A stretch of 64,000 bases of DNA. It comes from Adineta vaga (lineage: Eukaryota > Animalia > Rotifera). The stretch lies in NCBI GenBank assembly GCA_021613535.1, contig CP075494.1, forward strand, positions 992,001-1,056,000. Direction: 5' to 3'. Within the stretch, counting starts at the first letter, position 1, and each line of letters begins with the position of its first letter. Of the stretch, positions 1 to 13,013 are shown in pieces. Below the pieces are notes generated by a model. That model was not told where the DNA came from. It searched no databases and saw only the letters and a program-made list of their open reading frames with translations. The translations under genes and the position numbers were made by a program.

Positions 1-199
1 TCGTTGTTGATCTAGGAAGTAAACAAATTGATGATATACTGATGATTACACTTACTGAAAAATCTTTCTTCATCCTTTTGTAGTATATACTACTGATGAG
101 TAATATTCACGGTTCACAAACATAATTACTTCTGATGACATGAGTATACGAAAGTTAGAAATGACTTACACATTTCACTGGCCTTTTATATGTCTTATT

Positions 200-562
200 T
201 TAATCTCTGTTCTTAATGCTAATATTTACCTTATGTGTAGCTGTTTGATTCAGCGCATCCGTTGGAGATTGATATCTTTTTTCACTTTCTACAGTAGTAT
301 TCATTCGCGGTTTTATATCGAGTTGAGCTTCCCATGCGGCACTATAGCAGTTAAATGTGGTATAACGTGTTCGACATGTACGATTTCGATAACCAACATT
401 GAACACAAAACAAGTGCTCTGCTTGTAATTTTTTTCTTTCGGATAAGCATCTCTATAGACAAATACACCAGCAATCAGCAGACCCAGAGCTATCCCTAGG
501 AATGTACAACCGGTATAAAGTGACATGTGCGCCCTGAACTTTTCGCTGCTTTCCTGATCCAT
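200..562 (-). CDS. Two-TM membrane protein with Cys-containing loop (BK channel beta-subunit/KCNMB-like fold), first exon; spliced downstream toward the window edge
   Basis: TM segment (FLGIALGLLIAGVFVY) followed by TCFV..C..C..W and AxxxY/K motifs; GTAAAT donor near 230; paralogs at 37144-37746 and 49947-50584. Confidence 0.5.
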   Translation of the reverse strand: MDQESSEKFRAHMSLYTGCTFLGIALGLLIAGVFVYRDAYPKEKNYKQSTCFVFNVGYRNRTCRTRYTTFNCYSAAWEAQLDIKPRMNTTVESEKRYQSPTDALNQTATHKVNISIKNRD

Positions 563-1273
563 ATCGAGTAAGATGTATAAAAAGGAAAAAGAATATCAAA
601 CTTCGTTGTTTTGCGTTACAGAACTTTGCTTTATATACGTGTTATATTCAAACAGCCACGTGTAAAATAAAACGGTGAAATAATTGCAACACTATTGCAT
701 GAAACGATGGAAAGCAAATAAAGAAAAAGTTTCGTCAGAAGAGAATCAGCATTATTTTTCGTTATAGAACGATCGTTCTTGATGTCAAGCAAATATTTTG
801 TCCTTATCAAACATTTTTCGGAGTAATGCACGTCAATCGTTCGTCATGAATCACATACATATATTACTTTTGATCATACAAGAATACAAAAACACATGAT
901 GCAACAACGATATTTCATTGCTTAGAAAAAAGAAGTAGCTGTTCGACAATGAACAATTTCAAATTGATTAGTAATTTTTTCATCCTGTAGTAAACGTACT
1001 GGATGATTTTTGAGTTTAAACAAGGATTGAAATGGATTTATATATGAAAATGAATCTTTTTTAGGCTCTGGTCATTAAGATAGGTGAATGTAAATATAAA
1101 GATGAACACATGTGAACAAGAAATGAGAATTTCATATACTCACTCACATTCGACAAGATTGCCACCGCTCGTCTCGTTCTTTTATCTGTATTCCATTGAC
1201 GATATTATGAAACAAACAAAATTTTGCTTTTATCTTTTTGTGGAAGTTATTATTGTTTGTATTATGAATATCT

Positions 1274-2360
1274 GTGAAGATGTTATTTATCATAATACTC
1301 TTGCTAAGCTATCCATTGCTCAATCATGCAACTATAGTTCATTGTGATTTTGATGTCACCTTTAGTTTAACAAATGGTGATTCTCAAGAGACCGATTATG
1401 ATCAAACACTAATGACAAAGAGTGGTCATTATCGTTATTTTAATCGACAATTTAGTACACTCAATAGAAGGACACAAATAACAACAATCAGTCGTTTATA
1501 ACCATTGATTGATCGTGCTATATATTTTAGTGTATGGTACTATATGCCTCATGCAAATTTGCCATTCGATATTGAAGTTGGACAAGATGATAATGGAGAA
1601 CTCGTACGTACGATATTTTCTACTGCCAGTAGGAATATATCGACAAATGATTGGAGATTCATCAATGTTACATTATGAAATGAAGAATTAAAAATATATA
1701 TTCGATTGTATGTTACAACTCAATCTTTAACATTCGATGATTTTTCAGTGGATTATTTTTATGCATCACATACACCACCACCAAAAACGCTAAATTCTTG
1801 TGATTTCAAATTATCATCATCATCGTGTACAAATGATTTGGTTTCTTTATCTGAATATCTCTATCAATGGTCAATTCTGAACACTACGGATGGCGTCAAA
1901 GTTCAAACAGGTGCTCCACCTATGGATTATACATTTCGAAATGCCTCAGGTCATTATGCATTATTACCCGGTCCTAAAAATGGTTATATTGGTTATCTTC
2001 ATCTACCAAAAACAACTTCAAATTACATCGAAAGAATCATATTGCTTAAATTTTCAGTATTATGAAACGGAACCAGTGAATCGAATGTCGTTCGTGGTTG
2101 TCGGATGATCGAACTCTCTCCCAAGATCGAATCCTAACACTCGCACTATTTTACTTGAATTGTAGATATACAACGAATGACTGGTAAGTATCTGAAATAA
2201 GTTTGAATGACGCTATTGTACGCCTATGACGTCGTAGTTGATTACAAAAAAAGGAATGTTTTCACATCTTTGAACCGATCTAATTCTTTTCTACATTAGG
2301 ACTTGGGATGTCATCAATCTTCCCACGGGTAATTGTACACCATTGTTTCGTGTGTTTAAT
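1274..2360 (+). pseudogene. Secreted MAM-domain protein, frameshifted and interrupted
   Basis: Signal peptide, then CDFD/CDFK...W...PPMDYT...GHY MAM motifs split over ORFs 1274-1501, 1509-1691, 1706-2065 and 1890-2108; ends against the Helitron terminus. Confidence 0.65.
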
Positions 2361-2375
2361 GGAGATTAATATATA

Positions 2376-4620
2376 AATAACGCTCGTCGAGACGAACTCG
2401 CATTACCGTCGACTGAAAAAATTCATATGTAATAATCAATTTGTTATTGTTTTTTTATTTAACATAAGAGAAAGCGTTTTTCAATATGACGTTTATTTAT
2501 TTGTTTTTCAATGAAATAAAGATAAATTGATGATATAATAAACAACTACATGAAAAAGAAAACAAATAATTTTGTATTATAGTTCTAACTAATCTCTAAA
2601 GAAGTAAATATGAATGAAGTATAAGCGAGTACGAATAAGAAGCATGGAACAAAACATAATAGCTACAGTAAAATTGAAAAGAAAAGTTGCACTTCAATTA
2701 CAAAACAACGAACTACTAGAAAAAGATTTAACTATACAAGAAATTTGTATAGTTACAAGTGATACAAACGAATCCGATGCGCAAAATGGATAGCAAGCAA
2801 TGGTGATTTGCCTTTCCTATGGAATTTGTCAAAACCATTCTGAGAAACGCTTTTGTGTTTCTGTATAGAGTTTGTCTAATCTTTGCATCCCGGCGACTTG
2901 AGATTTACTGGGTTTGATCTGCAACACTTTGCAATCAAAGTGTCGCAAAATAATTAAGTCAGTTAAACATTTCACTCTTGATAATGGTACATAGACTGCA
3001 GCGATATCATCTGTATCCTTTGGTAGCTTCAAATCAATAACGACTTTGTTTAAAGTTTATCCCTGACTTTTGTGGGTTGTGATAGAATAGGCGGATACAA
3101 GAGGTAATGCGCGTCGCTTAATCGATAGCATTGCCTTTCTAGTTGTTTTTGATTTATTGTTAACCTTCGGAAGAATATCAGAAACGTCTACTTGAAATGT
3201 TTGTTCCATTATTGGTATTGGGATAAGTTTTGGTTGGAGTTTTTCAAGATTGCAATCAATTTTTGATTTGCTTATTTCGAACAATGCGTATATTGGTTTG
3301 TGCACATATGTAGTGTTCATTGGAAACGTTGCTGATAGACTATCTGTTGAGACTGAATCAAGATCATACACTAGTTGTCTAAAGATTCCATTCATGCCGT
3401 TAATTAATCCCAGTTCAATAGCAATATTTTGTGTAAGAATAACTGGCATTCCAGGAACTAACGGTAACAAACCCGGTAAGTGCTTAGTCTTACTGTCAGA
3501 TAATTCCAATAATTTTTTTACAAGTACCGGCTCTTCCACAGCTTTGCCTTTACAAAAGTCCTGGGCAACACATACCATTGGATCGCAACCTGATTGTATT
3601 GCATTGTGAATTGCCGACTCTGTGATTCAATTGCGTTCGTATTTCATTTCTAAACACAAGCATGAGAGCCTAAAAGAAAAAAAGAACATAGAAAATATGT
3701 TTATTTAGAACAGAGAAATCTATCTTACTTGATTCCATGGTGGTTCATGAAGAGACGTTGATGACTGTCGGACGACGCGCGTCAATAACAATTCATAATC
3801 TTCATAACTACATTGGCCTTGACGAAGTCGTTCAAGTAATTGAAGATATCGCGTGTCTTCTGTTCGCATCTGTTGAGTAAGTTTGACCACACAATTAATT
3901 TGTAGAATTAACGAACGTGCCACTCGTTGTTGGATTTCTTTTTCCGAAGGTAATTTATTAAATTTCTTTTTATTTTCCGATGAAAAGTCAGTGTGTAACG
4001 GGGCATCGTATACGGGCCGGTACTGTAAATAATCACCAAAGAATATAACGTTTATACCACCGAATGGAATTTGCGGATCGGCATGTTTAGCCGCACAAAG
4101 AATTCGATTGAGTTTGCCGAGTAAAGTCAGACCAACCATACTGATTTCATCAATCAAGAGATATTCTACAAGCGTCCATTCTTTTTCAAGTTTTAAGTCG
4201 CCTGGTTTAATGGTTCGTGGCTTTCCAGAATTGCGTTATTCACCTAAAAATGAATGGATAGTCATACCACCAATTTCAGCAGCTGCAATTCCAGTTGGTG
4301 CTAGCTTTCGCATCTTTTGAATTCTGTTTGTAACAAGAAAATATTCGGTAAGAGCACGAATAAGTTGTCATTTTCCTGTACCACCACATCCATGTGTACA
4401 CATGATGAGTTGACCATTGTTATCTCCTATATGAATAATATTTTTCAGTTTATGATAATATAAAAAACTATATGCATGAACATACCAGCAAGTGACTGTT
4501 TGTCACCATCAAGATGACTTGTTATTATCGTAAATGCAGCTCTTTGCTCTCTGTTTAGTGTATACTGATCAGCAATGCTCTTTTGATTACAATATGTTGT
4601 ACTTATTACTGAAGCAACTG
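2376..4620 (-). mobile_element. Helitron-family element remnant with Pif1 helicase pseudogene
   Basis: Pif1 motifs GCGGTGK*, APTGIAA, IDEISMV, FGDYLQ, QQMR, GMPVILTQN, TTHKSQG*, YVPLSRV with in-frame stops; hairpin-like terminus at 2376-2414. Confidence 0.85.
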
Positions 4621-4626
4621 GAAGAA

Positions 4627-5500
4627 TCTATATACATAATGTTCAGTGTGTGTGTGTGTGTGTGTGTGTTTCTCTGTGCCAGGTCAAAGGTTAAAGGTCA
4701 AAGGGTAGAGACGAAAGGTTCTAAAGTTTTCTACAGTTTTCCATAATATTCTCGAATTGTCCAATGGGTTCTAGATCCTTCTATAAGGTTCTATGGAGAG
4801 TACAAGAAAAAAAGTCAAAGAGTAACGGCTATATGAACATATCAGATCAGTGACTGTAGCAAGCAGCTTCAAATGAGGGTAGCCAGAGATATTTGATGGC
4901 TATCAACTGTTGATTCGCATAGATCCCAAAGCCCTGTATCACAGGAACCACTGTATTTCCTGAAATATTGTATGATGGGGATAGCGGTTGGTCTCTATGT
5001 AACGTATAATGCAGACGACCTTGAATCTCCAACTGCTGTATTGTGAAGAGTATCGATAGGTCCCCGTATTCTGTTCGGTAAGGACAGTCTATATCTCACT
5101 GAGTACTGTTTTATGGAGACTGATATAAGTTTCGGAGTACCACATTACGGGATATCAGTAGATCCACAAGTACTATATAAAGAAGTGGTCATGAATTTCT
5201 AAGTACTCTATTTTGGAGATGACAATAAACTTCAGCGATATCTCATGGAGGTGTAGTATCCACAGGGCATCAAGTACTATAATATGGGAGCAATCGTAAA
5301 CTATCAAATATATGTGGAAGGGGTGTGGAGCTACCCATTGGTCCATTAGTATCGTATTGTACCCTTATTGATGGAATCAAACGAAGTACATAACGAAGAT
5401 GGTGGCAAGTCCTAAATGTATATTGTCTAACGGTATCCACAGCTTGACCGTAGATATTGAGTATAAAGGTAATGATTGGTTTTCAACACAATGCTATCAT
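4627..5500 (+). mobile_element. Probable non-autonomous Helitron/DINE-like 5' end with (TG)n microsatellite
   Basis: A|TCTATATACATAA start, (TG)n at about 4647-4669, then AGGTCAAAGG repeats; similar block at 13850-14130; right boundary uncertain. Confidence 0.45.
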
Positions 5501-5536
5501 AGAATCAAAGGTTCTGAAAAGCTGCTATATCAGAGT

Positions 5537-7682
5537 CAGGCTTACCAAATGAAAATCTCAGAGATCAGGGATTTTTGAGAAAAAATCAGGACTTTATCAG
5601 GAGAAATTTTCTCCTAAATCAGGAGAAAAATCAGGAGGTTTTTCAAATATATGAGAGGTATTATGGGACTACTACTGAGGGTAATTTACCTTTGAGTGAT
5701 TATGAATATCAATACAAAAAACTTGTTTAGTCTTCTGCTCAAAATGAATGATAAACCCTTTCCGTTTCTTCAAGTAAAAAATCGATAGAGATATAATTTC
5801 ACAATGTTTATTTCGAGATTAATTTGATACACACTTATGAGAAAACAAAGATGACACAAAAAGTCAAAAGTGAATCGCTGTTTTGAATGAATTTGAAACA
5901 TTTGATGATGATAGCACATTTGATATCTCCATAATTTCGTCTTCGGATGAAGACATTATATTTAAAAACACTTGGTAAATGTGTGAGTTCTTTTTATCAA
6001 AAGAATTTACTTTTACTCTCCAAAACTTCAAAGAACGAAAGCCTTTTTCTTATTCGCTATGATAATCATCAAATATCAATTAAATTTTCTTTTTTTCTTC
6101 AAGTTTACATCAATCAAAGGTGTCACTAATTGTCGGCTATGAAGAAAAACAAAAATCAGGAGAAAAATCAGGAGGCTTTTTGGATATTCGAGAGTGTTTA
6201 TACAATTTTTACGATACTGCTTACACTCATCTGAAGACTCGCTCAAGTTTTTCTAATAGAATCCATGTTCTACACTGTAAAAAAAGCGGAGAATTATCAA
6301 CGGTAAAATCGTTTTTGATGTTCTAACAAACGAAAGAGAGTTTATGAGTTTGCAACGTATGACAAACCCTTTTACAGCCGTATTTGACGAGACCATAAAC
6401 CTTTTTTCGTTTCTGCTGCACTTCATAAATGCGAAAAAAGGGTTTATCATATGTGGCAAATTCGTATACCTTTATTTTTTCCAACCCAGATCGTTGAAAA
6501 CGTAGTTGTTTACAATGTGTTTTCGGAATGTAAACCGTGACAAAACGGTGTCTTTACGGCCTAAAAGGAACCGTTTTGTTCCGTAATCACGGGCACAGAT
6601 TTACGGCATCGTAAACGTACTGTATTCTCCTCCAAAACGGCTACTTTTCGGCTATGTACGGATACAGAACGGACCGTATTACTGCGCCCGATAATACGGT
6701 CAGTGTTACGGCCAGTATAGTATACGTTTTTATATCGTAAAGGCTGTATACGGACCGCATCGTTCGACCTGGGAATGTACCCTGTTACTGAGCTTTTTAT
6801 TCATCTAGTTTGCAAAAATTTGACCTCATATTCGAGCTCAATGACTCCAACTATTCGTTGTTGAACCCCAACCAAAAATTGTTGTTTTTTTTGTAGAAAG
6901 AAACATGTTTCTTGGTCCCAAACAATAGGAGCCATTCTTTTAAACTATTGTCTGAAAATCAGAATAATATTCAACTTTCGGCTCAGTATACGCCTATAGA
7001 TTTACAGACGTGTCGCTCTTTCATCACAAAGTAATCATAAAAGAATTTCATATAACTAAAAAAAACTAAAAGAAATGATCATAGGATAAAATTTATTCCT
7101 ATATTTATTTTATGGACAATTATTAGCAAATGAATATTAACTTCTCGATTAATATAAAACAAAAACATAAGGCAGAAAGTATGTAATCAAGTAATTACTA
7201 ATAGATTCGTGACTTCTTCACGATGAGACTATATTTCTCTATCGATTGGATTTCTCTGAGTACAGCCGATTTTGTAAAAACACAAACATAAAACTCTATA
7301 GATATCAAATGAGTGTTCATTTAGTTCGAAATTCTACTTCAGCTAAATCGGGTTTCGTCTTGTTTCTGCTATTGTTATCAAAAAACAATATGTGGCTGAA
7401 AGCTGGTTTACAAAAGGCATTCCACACAGAAAGAACTAATAAAAACCTATTCAATTCAGATTATTTTCTCGTTCTATCCATCAAATTTCCATAAACGAGA
7501 AGGGTCCAGTAAATCTCGACTAAGAAAAAGCACAGATCAAGAAAAACGAAGAAATCAGGAGAAACTGATAAAAATCAGATAAAAATGACAAAAATCAGCT
7601 CCTGAAATTAGGAGATTTTTAATCAGGGAAAATCGGAAAAACCAGGAGACTCCTGACTAAATCAGGAGGTTTGGTATAGCTG
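5537..7682. mobile_element. Non-autonomous hAT-like DNA transposon (about 2.1 kb) with possible nested element at about 6272-6772
   Basis: Imperfect TIRs CAGGCTTACCAAA / TTTGGTATAGCTG; AAATCAGGAG subterminal repeats at both ends; no TSD found. Confidence 0.5.
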
Positions 7683-7835
7683 GTTACAAACCACCTACTC
7701 GCCGAACAGTACAACCTAAAAAAAAACGTCTTCATAAAAAACAAAAAAAACAACTTGTGACTGAATCAAAAGGTATCAATACTCTTTCAGTGACCACCGA
7801 TTTGTGGTCAGACAAACAATTGAATTCTTATCTTG
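7682..7835 (+). pseudogene. hAT transposase fragment truncated at a telomeric junction
   Basis: Translates GYKPPTRRTVQ...LSVTTDLWSDKQLNSYL (first catalytic D motif of hAT transposases) and runs directly into GAGGGTGAGT. Confidence 0.75.
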
Positions 7836-7852
7836 AGGGTGAGTCAAAGCTC

Positions 7853-7898
7853 GCCATGATCGCGATTTCGACCTTGCTAAAGGGTCTCATCAGATGGC
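7853..7898 (-). ncRNA. Minimal type I hammerhead ribozyme
   Basis: Minus strand reads GCCAT-CTGATGA-GACC(...)GGTC-GAAA-TCGCGA-TC^ATGGC: stem I GCCAT/ATGGC, stem II GACC/GGTC, palindromic stem III ATCGCGAT, AUC cleavage triplet. Confidence 0.85.
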
Positions 7899-8018
7899 TT
7901 CAGATTCTGTACCCAATCCTTTTATGACGAATGGTACATTATATTATATTTGCATGGACCTTATATATCGAACTTTGGTACTGAGAAACAAGTCGGTGAA
8001 TTGATAGTGATACTGTAA

Positions 8019-8172
8019 CAAGGGGGAAAAAGCGCTACTCCAATACTCTATAAAAATTTTAGAGTAAGGCTGGAGTAGAGTGGAGTAATTGTGGAGTAAG
8101 CTGGAGTAATGGTGGAGTACAGCTGGAGTAATTGTGGAGTACTGGAGTATGGAGTAGCGCTTTTCCCCCTTG
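8019..8172. mobile_element. MITE, 154 bp
   Basis: TIRs CAAGGGGGAAAAAGCGCTACTCCA / TGGAGTAGCGCTTTTCCCCCTTG; internal TGGAGTA repeats. Confidence 0.75.
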
Positions 8173-9060
8173 CTGAATACCGTTCTGGTTTTCACGATCA
8201 CATCATATCAGAATGGCTGATGCTTCGCTGAGACTCTGCTCTTCGCAATATTGGTTCCCCTGGTGTTGTTGTTCTAAAGTCATCGTTGTACTATTCATTT
8301 CTGTTGATTCGTAGTTATCAATAGAGATCACGTTGTCGGAAATGCAGTTATCTGTTGTTTGGGCCCCTCTGAATTTTACTATCGTTTCCTCCTTTGCAAT
8401 TTCCATTTTAAAGTATTCTACCGGTTTCGACCTTGTCCAAGGGTTTCATCAGATGGATTATGTTTGCATAACCTCGCATCACGACTTCGAATGCTGAATG
8501 TCTATTTATAACAAAAGCGTTCGATGGAAGTGATGTGATATGCAGACATGAACTACCATGACCGGTGTGTGTCTGTCTCCTGACTTTTCGAAGTGCTCAA
8601 CTATTTAAATACTAACGATCGTTTTTCATACTGCAGTATGAAAAACGATCGTTAGTATTTGAGTAGTTGAGCATTGCGAAGAGTGAGAAGACAGACACAC
8701 ACCGGTCATGGTAGTTCATGTCTGCATATCACATCATTTCTCTCAATGCTTTTGTTATAAATAGACATTCCGCATTTGAAGTCGTGATGCGAGGCTATGC
8801 AAACATAATCCATCTGATGAGACCCTTGAACAAGGTCGAAACCGGTAGATTATTTTAAAATGGAAAATGCAAAAGAGAAAACGATAGTAAGATTCAAGGA
8901 GGCACAAACAATAGATAGCTACGAATCAACGGAAAAAGACAGTATCAAGATGACTTTAGAACATCGATACGAGAGAAACAACTATTACGAACAGCATAGC
9001 CTTAGCGGTGTATCAGTCATTCTAATATAATGTGATCGAAAAAATCAGAACGGTATTTAG
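8173..9060. repeat. About 890-bp spacerless palindrome (inverted PLE-like pLTR) with hammerhead cores at 8419-8452 (-) and 8814-8847 (+)
   Basis: Symmetry centre CATACTG|CAGTATG at 8633/8634; arms align out to about 8173 and 9060; each arm has CTGATGA..GAAAC followed by a MEIAKE/MENAKE ORF start. Confidence 0.85.
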
Positions 9061-9280
9061 CCAATATCCTCAGACCGGTTATCGGAAGATGTGGGTTCGA
9101 GTCCTGCTTTGATTTCATGATCTTTTTAGATAAGTTTTTCGTACTTATCTGAGCATATCGCTGTGGATACTTCAAATGAATTAGATCGGAATGTATCGTG
9201 GACAAATGAAAGGATTTCTAATTAAAGTTTCTTTACAATCCTATTTTCAAACACACCCACACCCACACCCTCAAGACTTA

Positions 9281-10263
9281 CCGATATTCCGTTCTTTTAT
9301 TTGATGAACCTTGACTTTCATTATTAATTGACTCAATACGAATCTTCTTATTTTGACTATTACTAAAATAATTGAAGACATTCTTGAAGTATCATAATAA
9401 TATTTCAAAGCTTACCTTTTTTTGATTGTTCCTGACGATGAAATATTATTTTCATTGGCATCGAAAGAAACATTTCTAGTTGGTTTACTTTGATTTATTG
9501 ATGAGTTATTGTCATTACTCATAGATTGATCATCAGAATCCTGATGGTTTATCGAATCTGAATTATTCACGAGTATGATTGCTATAGTTTTGATGAGTTT
9601 TAAATGCTTTGCAAAGTTAGATGTTTGAAATCGATTGTTCTTAGCATACAATTTTATTCGATCACCACATATACATTGTATTGAACAAATTCGTGTAGAG
9701 TTATCATCAGCACTTTCAATAATAATTTTAAAATTATCCACAGATAAGTTCACACTATTGGTACCATGAATATTGTTATTTAAGTTTGCCAATAATTTTC
9801 TAATAGATTCTTTGATTGACATATGGTGATACGTTTCACTATCTTCACTATCACTACTATAATTATCAGTTGATAATGATGATGATTGAGATCGATGTTT
9901 CTTTGACTGATTTAATCGTGCTTGAGATGCAAATTGAAGTTTCTTTTTTTTCATAATATCTTGAGTAAATTTTAATAGTACAAGAATCTTGTTTTTTGTT
10001 CCAGACTTTAACGAAATTGATCCTTGAGTAATATAACAAATTTCCTTTTTCAAGTTAATAAATTCTTCTGTGGCATTTTCATCATTAGGATTTTCAAAAA
10101 AATCAATTAGTTCAGATCTATCGGTTTTACTTAAAATCGTGTAATTATCAATATCATGATATCGTAAAATTTTTTTAACGAATTGTCCGTATGTTTCTTC
10201 AATATGTAAGAAAAAATGCTCTTCTTTAAGAGCGAGTAGTTCATCGATTTCATAATTATCCAT
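9281..10263 (-). pseudogene. Uncharacterised, probably transposon-associated protein with CxC..SNFxxH zinc-finger-like motif; 3'-truncated
   Basis: ORF 9412-10263 ends at a GTAAGC donor; the next short exon is followed by a GTAAGT donor that runs into CTTGAGGGTGTGGG. Confidence 0.5.
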
Positions 10264-11676
10264 ATATTGATTTGATGAAATACAATAAATAAAAAAAACA
10301 ACAATTTTAAAAGTTAGACAACAATTTAAATAACGGTTCTTTTTGGTAATTTATTGTTAATTCTGATTTATTAATGATCTTTATACAATTGTCAATCTCA
10401 ACGGTTACGTCAAAAGTCGTTGACATCGGACATGAAATCTATTCGAGATTTATTAACTAATAGAATACAAGCGAATAATCATTATATGTAGATGTCGAGT
10501 TATTATATTATATTTGTGAAGTACATGAAAGAAAAAAGCGATGGTAGCGCTACAAGATCTTTAGACTTTACCTTCTGTATGAAAGAGTATTGAGATTCTT
10601 TATTGAACCGAATCATTTTATTATTAAAAACGGTACAAGTCTGAAAGACAAAAAGATTCAGCTTCGACAGTGCATTCTTCTTTTGTGCTTTTACTAAGTT
10701 TTACACATCTATGATACTTCGTTGTACTTCTATGGTACTTCCATAATACTTCGAAGTACGGAAGTCTCGCTTTTCTCCCTTGGGTATAGCGGTATAAGGG
10801 GATAGTGATAATATTAGATAAAATTAGTTTGTAACAAATTATTTTGTTTTGAAAGAAAGCGATTTTGCCACAAATTCATATTCCCCATCGTATGATACAC
10901 GTATAGGAGACAAATAAAGATCAAAGAAAACGTTTCTCCTATCGTTTTGCCATGAATGAAAATATCACCATTCGACGCAAAATTAAATTCTGAATCGAAT
11001 ACACTAGTTTTTACGGACGGGAATTCATTTTCACAAAATTCTTAGTTTCGTGGTGCTAGCTAAATGATGCTAGCTTCACACCGATTTCTTCCTTTCGCAT
11101 TTTACTATCGGTAGTTCAGAAATAAAACGGTTTTCGAAAAGGTTCCTTCAATAAGTAGAATGAAAACGTTCTGTTAAAAAGACACCGGTTATGGAGGCTG
11201 TAACGACAAACTGGTTGAGTAGCTGACCGCTTCCCACGGTATAGATGTTCATTGACTACTCTACATGACCAGAAAAGTCAAGCGGCAATTTGACCGATAG
11301 AACGATATTATTATCGTCACAGAGGCTACATGGAGTAAGTCTTGTTACACGTCATGTGACCCAAGATACTCCAGATTGTGAGATATGATGTAAGAATTTT
11401 ACACGAGAGCTGGCGTAGTTTTTATAATGATCAAAAATTTATCAACATTTTGTCACTTTCAATCGATCTTATAGATAAAGAAGTCATATGGAAAAGTTAA
11501 TCAACTTTTCAGGATTCAGATAATTTTTTTAAATGGGAAGTCGCTCACAAACTGTTAGTAAACCTATGCATTGTTCTGAATCTGATCCGAAAAAAGTAGT
11601 TTTGTTGTCAACACAGGCGCCATTTGTCGAAATTCTGTTAAAAGAGAATTCTTAAGTAGCTTAGAAAAGGATTTAA

Positions 11677-11756
11677 ATGGGGTACAAATTTTTGTGGGAT
11701 ACTTTTGGGTTGAAACGGGTACTATACCCCCAAACGGGGTACAGATGGCAGACCTG
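11677..11756. mobile_element. Right terminus of an hAT-like MITE (same family as 40734-42037)
   Basis: ATGGGGTAC subterminal repeats and GATGGCAGACCTG end. Confidence 0.5.
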
Positions 11757-12607
11757 GTTTGTACACAAAAGCATTTTATTATTTACAAACATCGGGTTTT
11801 ATATAGGTTTAGTAGAAAAACTAGAAGACTATAGTGTTAGAGAGAAGATGCGCCCGAAATGAAAACAACAAAAAAATAGGCGCCTGATGCATTCTCTTGA
11901 TTTTGAAATAAACGAAAGAACTCTTTTGTTTACATCTAAAAAAACGTAATGACGTAAGCATGAGATGGAAAATGGAAAACATGTGATGGTGATGGACATA
12001 TAACATGACGTCATGTGAACCGAACGAAGATACATGATGACGTCATGGATATATGATGTTACTTCCTAACAAAGTATAAGTTATTTTTATAAGAATCCAT
12101 TGGAATCTAAAGAAATCATTGAAGTCCAAATTGAACGAATCCCGCGTCTTATGAGTAACATGTTTTAAAATTAATCGAAATAAAGATTGGTGTATAAGCA
12201 GATGAGAACGTTAAATATCAGTATGCTTATTCATTGAATTTGAATTCATCTGATTCATAAATTTATCATATTGTGCATTTATTTTTCACTTTTACTTATT
12301 AATCTGCTTTTAATCGATCTTACAGAAAATAATAAATAAATCCCGACCTTCTCATAAAAGAATCTTGACGGGAGAATCTGCGAATCATCAATACTCAATC
12401 CACACACTATCATTTTCACAATGAATACAATACATTACATTGAACAATGACAAAATCATCTGATTTTATGTTGATGAATTTATTGAAGAATAGATAATAA
12501 AAAGGTTGCAGTGAAGTTACATTTTTGTCCACGCTTGTAAAGTACTACATCAACTTTAATGAGCGTCTAAGCTTCTGGACATACATGTTGAAATGTATGC
12601 GTATTCA

Positions 12608-13013
12608 TTAACATAATCTGTATGAGGTTAGTTTATCGTTGAAATTACACTCTCGGAAATTAGAATGACAAGGAGTTCCAGGTGCAGCTTCCATCGATCC
12701 TCCGTGACAACTATGGTGTTCAAATAACATAAAACAGCTTCCATGTGTGTTCACTGATGAAGCCCGATCATTTGCCCAACCCTCCACATTGAAACATGTA
12801 CCATCATGATCTCCTAAACTGCGATCTAAATACGAGTCAAATTCACAAATAAAAATAGCGCAAATATTGATTTATGTATGTTTACATACCGACAAGTTTC
12901 ATTCCATGGTGGTTTTTGTGGTCATAAATCTCAATTCGAGCTGATGATGACATATGAATCAATGATACAAGCATGATTATAGCAGCAAATCGAAAAATAG
13001 CAGATGAATGCAT
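12608..13013 (-). CDS. Secreted beta/gamma-crystallin-domain protein (about 113 aa, 2 exons: 13013-12890 and 12825-12608)
   Basis: Spliced translation MHSSAIFRFAAIIMLVSLIHMSSSARIEIYDHKNHHG...GTCFNVEGWANDRASSVNT.GSCFMLFEHHSCHG...NFNDKLTSYRLC*; two Greek-key N-D-x-x-S/T-S motifs; 64-bp GT-AG intron; not in the ORF track. Confidence 0.8.

Larger units (their letters stand above)
7830..9276. repeat. Telomeric-junction palindrome split by a 1.4-kb insert (left arm 7830-7844, right arm 9251-9276)
   Basis: ATCTTGAGGGTGAGT ... ACACACCCACACCCACACCCTCAAGA. Confidence 0.7.

Noticed and set aside
2061-2245. Possible solo LTR within the MAM gene
   Set aside because: No second copy, TSD or PBS recognisable
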